DNA of 64,000 nucleotides, taken from the NCBI GenBank assembly GCA_000320545.1, contig ADNK01000505.1, forward strand, positions 1 through 64,000, written 5' to 3'. Origin of the DNA: Bigelowiella natans CCMP2755. Its lineage: Eukaryota > Protista > Cercozoa. Below are positions 54,682 through 64,000 of the stretch, in pieces (position 1 is the first letter of the stretch; every line of letters starts with the position of its first letter). The notes under the pieces were generated by a model. That model did no database searches. It saw nothing but the letters and a program-made list of their open reading frames with translations, and was not told where the DNA came from. Both the position numbers and the translations under genes were made by a program.

Positions 54682-56320
54682 TCATAAAAAAGGCTGGTGC
54701 TGCTGGTGCTGCAACATACTTGGAGAGAACGTCGGTTGGCTGGTTAGAGGAGAAAGGGAGGGAGAAGATGTAGAAGGAAACGAAGTAAGAGGAGAATTCG
54801 TAGGAGCTGCCGTGATCGGGCATATGGTTCTTGGAGAATGGCTAGGGTGGGCAGTGTGGGGAGATATTGAAGGACATAGTGTTGCTGGCATTTGTGATGT
54901 AGGATGTAGAGTGCTTGGGCTAAGCGTTGAGGGTGCAAAACTCTGAGGGGAGAGAGTCAACGGGAATGATGTAGAAGGAGAGTCCGTCGTAGGCGCTACC
55001 GATGTGGGAGAGGTTGTAAATGGGGATGATGTGAAAGGAGAATATGTCGTAGGCGCTCCTGATGATGGAAATGAAGTAGACGGAGAGTGTGTTGTTGGAA
55101 CTCTTGTTGTGGGCACCACTGAAGAGGGAGATTGTGAGGAAGGAGCTTTTGTTGCAGGAGAGAGAGTTACTGGTGTTGTTGTGAAAGGAGACACCTTTTA
55201 AAAATTAAAAACAATATCGAAATTATTGCACGCATCTGCTTAACTTCTCACTGTATTTTTCAACGATGCCGATAATTCATATTTTTAAGCTACAATCAAA
55301 TGTTGAAGGATTACAGTCGTTGGCTCTCTTGTCGTTGGTTGCTTCGATTTTTCCGTAGGACTTAACGATAGCGGATGAGAGGTTAAAGGGCTTCTAGTTG
55401 TGGGAGATAGCGTGAGTGGCGACTTTGTTGATGGCGTTGACGTGGATGGTGTAGCTGTGAAAGGACTCATCGTGGATGGAGAGAACGATTGAGGCGAACA
55501 TGTTGTTGGAGATGCAGATATTGTTGGGTTTGCAGTTTGTGGTGACATAGTTGTCGGGCAGCCTGCATATTGCTCAGTATTAATAATAAGGATTAAGATG
55601 ATGATGATTATGATGATAGTGATCCACTAATGAACAATATCAGTTATTTAAAATTTGGACTTAGTTTTTATCTGAAGTATTCAAGTCTTCTTATGTGGCA
55701 AATACGTACAAATTTTAGGTAGTTTTTGCGAGAGGTTACTACCTGATGGCGCAATAGTAGTGGCATCCATACAAATACATCCCATGTAGCATTGCCCGCT
55801 TACTGCAAAGGTGCAGAAATCCGTCATTTTTTGCAATATTATATAAATAACTGAAACATATTCGTTCACCATTACCTGTATTATTTGGATTGTATGCATA
55901 TTGAGAAGAACCAGCATCCTCCAATCTACAGGCTGATGGTCCGTTACTCGTTGTATTAGTTAAAGTGAATGCCCTACAATATGTTATATGTGTGGATGGC
56001 GTAAATATGACTAATATTGTTCAAAGTAGGATCAAATCTTAACTTTGTTTTTAATAACTCTACCCGCTGTGAGTCGCGGTGATGCCATTTATGCAGTGTT
56101 GATAACTTGGGGGTTCCAACAACCCTGTTGCTACGCAGCCGTTGTCACCGTTGATCAACTATCGAAACGTAACGTATTGCTCCGTGAAGTGGGACAATTA
56201 ACATAACGGGATGAGATTTGTACTTACTGAATGAAATCCGGCGAAAGACACTTCGAAGTAGAGAAGCAGATAGGAGATGATTTGGATCTCCAGTTTCGGT
56301 ACACCCTTGAGACTGCTCAT
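51815..56320 (-). CDS. Mucin-like type I membrane glycoprotein (signal, Cys-containing N domain, Pro-Thr/Ser repeats, SEA-like segment, TM, long cytosolic tail)
   Basis: Signal-like IISYLLLYFEVSFA, Cys-containing exons, about 300 aa of 4-5-residue P-x-x-x-(S/x) repeats (ORFs 55285-55548, 54682-55194, 54387-54575), then CGSVILEFRV, TM FPWYGIVVVTVVCVLIVGTFCYLGIKR, and a C-terminal coiled segment ending RKLKL*. Start and some junctions tentative. Confidence 0.7.
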
Positions 56321-57013
56321 CCGATCCTCAAATATAGGACAACTGCGAATTGGCTTCGGTATTGCCTGCTTTCACGAACAAGTAAACAAATGAGAAAGCT
56401 AGCTTCATAAGACTTGTGTGCCGAATCTTATCAAGAGCGGTAGTGATGTCCACCTTTTTCTCCTACTCCATTATTATTCACGATATCTTCCTCTTCCTTC
56501 TCCTAGTCCGAATAAATCTAGTAGATGCGGGTGTTAAGGAGCTTCTTCTTCTCCTCCTCCTACTCTCATTATCAATCAGTTAAAAAGAGATGATGCTTTG
56601 CTTTTAGCTGTTACTGCTTCGCGCCATATCTGCAGCAACTGGGTAGTAACGGTACTGATATCATATCAGGTATAAACACAGATGATCATTTGGTAACGAC
56701 ATCGCATTCGATGCAAAATATGAAATCTAAGTATATGCAGTTGATCTTGAAGCTACGACATGCATTTTGAGGACTGAGATTCTACCGGTAAACCCTGATC
56801 GTCGTCCCTGACTCGTTGGTCGCACAGCTTCTCTAAATAATCTCGTAGTAGCCTGTTAGTAGGAGGGAAGGTAGTACTCGGAATGAAGAAAACATGCAAC
56901 CATTTGTGGAAGAAGCTGATGATAGTGCAACTTATATTATTCGCCTGTGATTGATCTGTACGCAGCGCTTGACGGTGGTTTGTGTATGGCCTTATTTGGA
57001 GAAATTGCTGTTG

Positions 57014-57142
57014 ATGAAGGAGGGCATCATCGTGGATCATCAGCAGACGAGCAGCAGAAGAACAAAGAAATTACTGTTAAAGCATCAACTCGCCATATAT
57101 CTAGCACCTCCTTTTTTGCTCACGCTTTCAATGTAATTTTCG

Positions 57143-57193
<51 letters not shown>

Positions 57194-57513
57194 GTCCTTA
57201 ATGAGAACAAATGCCTAGTATTAAGTTACATTCATGTTTCTTAGTCTAGTAATTCTTCGCACCAGCAGCGGTATTAGCTGGAACAGTAGAGGAGCTTCTG
57301 TCAAAATGATAAAGAACTACTACTACAAGGGGGGGGGGTCATCATCGATGCAGCTACTGCTTGGGGGGGGCATTAGTATGCGGCGGCAACACAGCAGCAG
57401 AAGCAGCAGCAGCTATTATTATCCATGGCAGCAGCTTCGAGCAGGGTTGTTTACCACAACCAGTATGAGCACTGGATCTTCATTAAATACTGGTGTTGGG
57501 TCTGCTACCACCG

Positions 57514-57544
<31 letters not shown>

Positions 57545-57761
57545 GTCCTGGTGGTGTTGTTCTCCATCTAATAGTTTTCATCAATTTATGCCGACGACGC
57601 AACCCTGGTTTTCTTCTTCATCATCATCATCATCATCACGCATGAATCGAGGTATCATGATTGTTCTAGAGAGAGGGGGAAATGACCATAAACGACAGAG
57701 TACAAATAACCACCAATTAGAATTTCCTGTTGTTGTTGGGCGTGCATGGTGTTTGTGTGTG

Positions 57762-57829
<68 letters not shown>

Positions 57830-58941
57830 TAGAGAGCACCACGCATGAAGATAATAACATCTAAACTTATCGTTTTCTCGGAAGGAGAGAGAGAGGGTTG
57901 GAAAGTAGCTTGTTAAGACGGAATCTTCTTGTCGGTATCGTCGTCTGTATTTAGGCAGCAGCAAAACAGGTCTTTCTCTTCTCCTTCGAGCAGCAGCAAA
58001 TGCAGGTTGTCGTTATTGAACAACAACAATAACAATAACAACAACAAAACATCTATACCATATGAGTAGGGAGGAGGAAGAGAACAAAGGGTGGTATTAT
58101 GATGTGAATGCGATACTACTAATATCCATATCATGTAGAGAACAAATGGTAGTATTATGATGTAAATACGATACTATTACTAATATCCATATCATGTAGA
58201 GAACAAATGGTAGTATTATGATGTAAATACGATACTATTACTAATATCCATATCATGTAGAGAACAAATTGTAGTATTATGATGTAAATACGATACTATT
58301 ACTAATATCCATATCATGTATGGATTATTTCTCCTACTATCTATCATAGGACATTGCAGCAAAGGCACCAACACCTCCTCCTCTTCGTCGTCATCATCAT
58401 CATCATCATCTTGTTCTTCTTCTTCTCAAAGAAAGGTAACTACTTTAGTTGTGCATATTCCAATGCTGCACATATTAGTGCTTTACTTGTTTGTTACCGT
58501 GAATTTCCATGGTGGATTAATACATTGTAGAAGGAGTGAGTAGGAAGAGTAGTTGAGGAGGAGGGGGGGGAGAAATAAGTATAGTCATTTCTCTACGATG
58601 TTCCTCGTAATCTAGGAGGGAGAAGAAGAAGAAGAAGAAGAAGAAGAAGAAGAAGAGGCATTTGTTTTGTGAAACAATAAATCTGAATCATCATCTTCAT
58701 TATCATCATCGTTGTTCTCATATTTACCTCCAACCTCGACTTGAATAGGCTAAATTAGAGGAAGAAGCAGCCCCATCCTCATCATTATCATCATCATCTT
58801 CTTCTTCCTCTTCTTCTCCTTCCTATTCCTTCCGGGCGATACCAGCAGCAGCAGCAGCAGTTACAAATGATATAAAGGCAATATCATTTGATTTCACAGG
58901 AACATTAGCCAAGGTAGTAGTAGTAGTGGTGATTGTACAAA

Positions 58942-58972
<31 letters not shown>

Positions 58973-59716
58973 AGAAGAAGAAGAAAGTACTCCTCCCTCC
59001 TTGTCATCAGCATAAATCTACATGATAAGATGATGACATTTATTATTTCTGATGATTGGAAGGTAAAGGGATCAACAGAGGAGCATTATCTTATGGCATT
59101 GGAGAAATCAGTCAGTCAGTTGTGATGATGATAATAAAAGTGATGGTGATGATGATGATGATGATGATTTGTACTGCAACTAAGAAATAATGTTGTTGGT
59201 GTCCTCTTCTTATTCCCCTCCTTCTTGTTGTTCTCCTTCTTTATTTACCAACCATATAGATATGCAATAATCCGAGACTGGGGCCAGGTATAGTTGTATG
59301 TTAATTGTATATTGACTAAAACAACGACACTACTAATATTGTGAAAATAGTATATATTATTTGTAGAACAACACTTGACAACAACATTCAATAATCAGCT
59401 CTATGGAAGGGCCTTGAAGCTAACAAGAATATCAAACCAAAGCTTCTACCATGCTTTTCAAATGCATACAAGAAACATATGAAACAGCTACCAGTCTTTG
59501 GGTAACTACCGTTAACAAAAGAAAACGAGGATAACGATCAAGATTATCATTTATAGAAGAGGAGGAATAATGATGCTAATAATGCTTATTGCGACAAGAA
59601 GATGATAGTGATAGTATTTGATCTTATTATCATATCATATCTCTCTTATTATTCGGTGTGATATGTTTTCATGATAACGGTGTTTGTTACCTATGCTTCT
59701 TCTTCTTCTTCTACTA

Positions 59717-59751
<35 letters not shown>

Positions 59752-60067
59752 ACAGTTACGGACAAATGACATCGGAAGAATGGTGGAGGTTAGTGATAAA
59801 TGATAGCTTCATAGAGGTATTACTAGAAGTAGAAGTCACTTTTCTTTCTTTTATCTTGTACACATCATCATTATCACCATCTTCATCACCATCATCATTA
59901 TCATAATGATATTCCTGATACTACTACTACTATAAGGCTGGTGTACCAGAGGACCTCATGATGGTTGTCAGTACGGATGTAATTCACTATTTCACAAATA
60001 CTTTAGAATCAAACAGCAACAACAATAATAACAACGACACATCCCGATTATTTATAACAGTTGCCTG

Positions 60068-60108
<41 letters not shown>

Positions 60109-60411
60109 GCTACGTCGCTCATTATTATCTGCATGGCATAATTATTACTAGCAGCAGGTACTGTAATCTATTGTACCCCAAAGTGGTTTTCCTCTTCCTC
60201 CCTTAATTTGATTATTAATGACTAGATTCTCTATCATGTATTATTCTCTGCATATCTTCTCCTAATCAGGTCACAGAGATATTGTACCGTCATTTCGCAA
60301 CCAAAGATGCCTGGGAGTTGTATCCAGAGGTACTACTATAAGTAATTAATAATGACGATGATGATGATGATGATGATGATGACAATAACCACGATGAAGA
60401 TAGTTTACTAT

Positions 60412-60445
<34 letters not shown>

Positions 60446-60610
60446 CCGAGCATTAATTAGTCTATTATGATTTATAGTAATCGATCAATGACCATCAATC
60501 ATAGGTTGTTCCTTTGATTAAAGCCCTTAATTCCTCCGGGATCAAACTTGGTGTTGGTTTGTTTTTTCTTGCAATCCAGATACATATTTAATGTTGATGA
60601 GATGGTGATA

Positions 60611-60645
<35 letters not shown>

Positions 60646-60774
60646 CACTTACTATTAACTATCACTGATGAATCAGGAGTCGTATCAAATTTTGACGGCC
60701 GATTAAGAGAAATTCTCAAATCTCTAGAAATCGATCAATACTTCGAATTTGTTGTGACATCACGTGAACTTGGG

Positions 60775-60810
<36 letters not shown>

Positions 60811-60837
60811 TTTGTTGTGACATCACGTGAACTTGGG

Positions 60838-60870
<33 letters not shown>

Positions 60871-62229
60871 ATAGTAGTACAATAACCTCCATTGCAATTG
60901 TAGTAACAGCAAACGATATAATATCTGTTTCAAGTAGTAGTATTATTAATTATCACAGCTTCATGAGCACCCAAATCGTTAAATGTTTCGTCGTCGTCGT
61001 CGTCCTCCTCCTCCTCCCCCTCCTTTATTGTTGCTACTACTATGAAATCAACTCATTTTTAAGGTGGAAAAGCCTTCAAAGAAGATCTTCGAGGAAGCGA
61101 TGCGTAAGGTGATTTTCATATATTAGAGGAATAATAACTAACCATTCTATTTACGCGATCAACAAGGAAAAAATGAAAAGAATTTTTATAATGATGCTGC
61201 TGCTGCTACTACTGCCTCAGGCTGACATATATTCACCTGATGCAATGATTCACGTCGGTGATACTGTAAAAACGGATGTTCTTGGACCTCTGGACTTCGG
61301 AATGCCTTTTGTGTTTATCCAGGTAGTAGTAGTAGTAGTAGTAGTAGTAGCAGTAGTAGCAGTAATACTAATATCATCATACATTGGTAGATCAATGTAA
61401 ACAAGAAAATAATCACATCACAGACCTGTGTTGGGAGTACCTAACGACACATTTTGCTTGTAATAATTTCATGTCGTTTAATTGATAATACTGAATTTTG
61501 ATTATAATGGTTGTTGTTTATTATTACATATGATTGTTGTCTCAATTGATGATTATCCTCAGCGACATGGCGGTGGCATTGATGGATCTCGAGATAGCCC
61601 CCAACAAAAAACCATAGAGGTGTACTACTACTACCATTCATCTTAAATCGTCACAGCCGACTACTTCAAAATGATCAAACTATTGTTATTTATCTCTTGT
61701 TCACGATAATAATACCACATGATGATGATATTAATCAACTTTATTCTCGATCAATAATCGTGTAATTCACATATTGTTGTGACAAATAAAACTTATGGAA
61801 GGAGCTCTTCGCTGATAGAGATGGCGGTACTCCTAATCCTACCACTACTACTGCTACTCCTACGACATGGCATGCAAGGAGAGAGACAACAAACATCATC
61901 ATCTCTTCTTCCATTACTTCGTATTATCACCAATACTTTCTTATCATTTTCATATAATTATATCCTTACTGAAAGATGATGCTCTTGTAATGCGAGCCAA
62001 CACTGTATCCAACTATATCCTTACTGAAAGGTGATGCCCTTGTAATGCGAGCCAACACTGTATCCAATTTAAGCGCTGTGGCCACCTTTTTAGAGGTATC
62101 ATCATACATCATCAATGTTTGATGGATGTAAATTATCACTGACATCATGCGATTCATTATTTTCTGGTTGACTTCAAGGATGGGTATAGATGGCAAGCTG
62201 AGGAGAGTAATAGTCGTCGTTTAATTTGA
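57014..62229 (+). CDS. HAD-superfamily hydrolase (HDHD3/REG-2-like, class IA) with long N-terminal leader, many exons
   Basis: Motif I IKAISFDFTGTLAK (about 58870-58913), cap region PVFGYGQMTSEEWWRLVI, motif II LGVVSNFDGRL, motif III FVVTSRELG|VEKPSKKIF, motif IV IHVGDTVKTDVLG. Leader has hydrophobic LAIYLAPPFLLTLS|LVIL then a Ser/Arg-rich extension. Start is tentative; stop is 62122 or 62229. Confidence 0.85.
58079..58319. repeat. Tandem minisatellite, about 61-bp unit x4
   Basis: AGAGAACAAATGGTAGTATTATGATGTAAATACGATACTATTACTAATATCCATATCATGT starts at 58079 (58-bp variant), 58137, 58198 and 58259, head-to-tail with no spacers. Apparently intronic in the HAD gene. Confidence 0.95.
60747..60870 (+). 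repeat. 63-bp tandem duplication of an exon end, 5' splice site and (GTA)n
   Basis: ATTTGTTGTGACATCACGTGAACTTGGG|GTAGTA... occurs at 60747 and 60810. Confidence 0.95.
61959..62067 (+). repeat. 55-bp tandem duplication of a 3' splice site and exon start
   Basis: TATATCCTTACTGAAAG|(A/G)TGATGC(T/C)CTTGTAATGCGAGCCAACACTGTATCCAA occurs twice; acceptors end at 61975 and 62030. Confidence 0.95.
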
Positions 62230-63216
62230 GCTGTTAGAGAGCGAACCTAGGAGCAACAACAGCGAATAGTGATGATGCCAATCAACCAATGCTGGAATGC
62301 ATGACCACCAGGAGAATCAGGAAGCAACGTTGATGACAACAACTCACAGCAGTGTCACAAGAACATGTCAGTGACATGAATCGCACGTTGCAACTCCGCA
62401 TGCTGCACTCTAGATGCTGTTGTGCGCAGCACTCATGTGGATGCAATGATGTGATTTGGCAATTCTTGTCAACAGCATGAACGATGACATTGCATGCGTG
62501 ATGACATCCTATATTGACAAGCTTGATGGTGTATATAGGTGGGCTAGTGGGCACATTCAACCTGAGGCTGTTGCCTCACGCATCGCGCTTGAAAACCTCG
62601 ATCGATCCACTGTGCTCTGCATGGATGCACACAGCTAGCAAGCTAACTAGCTAAGCAAGGTGGTGGGCGCATTTCGTAATCTTGCATATCTAGATATACA
62701 GCAGTTGCAGACACTTATTTTATCGACACGCTGATGTGAGATGCATGCTAGCATGCACGGCTGATGACGAGCTCTTGAGAATTCATGCACTCTTAATACT
62801 GCTGCAATGGAACACGTTTGGCCATGAGCTTGACAACAAGTGAAAAGGCCGCGCCACGACACACCTAGATACTTGTTTGATGCGTGCGCTGCAAGTAAAT
62901 GTGCAACAACAAACATGGTCGGACAGGGGCAATGGAGGACGTTTGATGTCTTGCCGTTTTGCCACATTCCTAGATGTGGTGGGGGGCGTTTGCTGTGTTT
63001 GATTCATTTTGCACGTTTTTGTCAGTAGGTGACAGCAACTGTGCACTTCTGTGGCCATTTCGCTTGACACTCAATTCATTAAAATTTGGCGTGCACAGAA
63101 GCATCTTGATTGACTGACATTGCTGTCTCTTCAGATTTGAAGTTCAGACGACTGCTAAAAAATGGTGCTCCTGATACTGATGCCACTACTGATGCTGCTT
63201 CGTGTCACCAAACTGT

Positions 63217-63678
63217 TCACGTGGAAGAAGAACCAGGGAAAAATTTGTCCGACACATTCTTGGAAGTGACATAGCAGCACATGATCACCCCGAAGACCAG
63301 CATTGCACTGTGCAGTTTGTTGTCATCACAATTATCATGGAACAAACACACACTGAAATGAGAACAAGTAGCATCACAATCATCATGGAACAAACACACA
63401 CTGAAACAAGAATAACTGAACTTTGTCATTGATTGTCACTGTCACGTACTACCAGTTGATCGTTTGCTTCCAAAGTGGGATTCGGTTGAAATCATCAAGG
63501 CCTAAACATCTAGATCACAGAAGATGAATCAACTTGGTGTTGCTAGTAAGCATCTGTCCTCCACACTGACGATGATGATGATGATGATGGATTCATTGAT
63601 AACATCTAAGTCTCTTTCACAAGTAAGAGTAAATGAATGTTAACACATAAATGTTCCATCCTTCATTTACTACTACTG

Positions 63679-63709
<31 letters not shown>

Positions 63710-63925
63710 AACTACTACGACAAACTGTTAGACGACAACGACTGACAATAGAAGAGGATTATTCGTTGCTGCATTGATAAATATGAGCTACTTGGTATCA
63801 TCATTACCATTGTTATTATTAATATTATTATTATATTAAGTGAAATATGATTGCTACTTACAGGTACATGAGCGGGGGCAAGATGAAAGCAACAATTGTT
63901 ATTGAGAATCCACCAACTAAAGCAA
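63217..63925 (-). CDS. Amino-acid/auxin permease (Aa_trans) family transporter, 3' exons only; continues beyond the window
   Basis: Exon VALVGGFSITIVAFILPPLMYL (typical TM10 'LVG...FILP.L.YL'), then IPLWKQTIN|CAMLVFGVIMCCYVTSKNVSDKFFPGSSST* (TM11). Confidence 0.75.
63323..63420. repeat. About 48-bp tandem duplication in the last intron of the permease
   Basis: CATCACAAT(T/C)ATCATGGAACAAACACACACTGAAA occurs twice in tandem. Confidence 0.85.
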
Positions 63926-64000
63926 CCTACAACATTACAATGCAGATACACACGCTCACAACACGCTCACATGCACGCACACAAACATAAATCAAACTGT

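Larger units (their letters stand above)
1..64000. repeat. Pervasive microsatellites: (CA)n, (GA)n, (TA)n, (TAG/CTA)n, (GAT/ATC)n, (AAG)n, (AAC)n, (GAG)n, (CAG)n, mostly intronic
   Basis: Directly visible, e.g. 237-263, 2550-2590, 13797-13835, 27265-27410, 34923-34966, 57766-57824. Dense in formin, RPA2 and HAD introns; sparse in tail-to-tail spacers. Confidence 0.99.

Noticed and set aside
58079-58319. Regular about 61-bp repeats as a CRISPR array
   Set aside because: Units are head-to-tail with no unique spacers, there are no cas genes, and the context is a eukaryotic intron; it is a minisatellite.
500-63951. Numerous 60-150-aa ORFs made of poly-L/V/S/I/Y, ERER, CVCV or HTHT
   Set aside because: They are translations of intronic microsatellites or antisense frames of real exons.

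Overview
Eukaryotic nuclear DNA: gene-dense, intron-rich and very rich in microsatellites. It is probably a protist or alga; the signal-plus-extension leaders and Pro-Thr/Ser repeat protein suggest a chlorarachniophyte-like rhizarian, which is inference only. Most short entries in the ORF track are microsatellite or antisense noise. Manual splicing at GT-AG sites gave 14 protein-coding genes: formin (+, 5' partial), OSCP1 (-), small HSP20 (+), prolyl 4-hydroxylase-like (-), SNRNP27-like (+), syntaxin-Habc/TVP15-like fusion (-), 7TM GPCR-like (+), unknown protein with an LRMRGG leader (-), HMG-box factor (+), RNA polymerase I subunit RPA2 (-, about 55 exons), ABCE1 (+), mucin-like type I membrane protein (-), HDHD3-like HAD hydrolase (+) and an amino-acid permease (-, 5' partial). 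The most striking pattern is architectural: all 14 genes alternate strand. Each of the 7 tail-to-tail spacers is a 0.75-1.5 kb block poor in the usual intron-type microsatellites and rich in short palindromes (CTAG, AGCT, TGCA, CATG), which head-to-head spacers and introns mostly lack. Other highlights are ubiquitin-tail-like LRGG motifs ending N-terminal leaders, a syntaxin Habc domain joined to a TVP15-like membrane domain, very degenerate 5' splice sites, and tandemly duplicated splice sites. No rRNA, tRNA or CRISPR was recognised. All gene models were built by eye and need RNA-seq confirmation.
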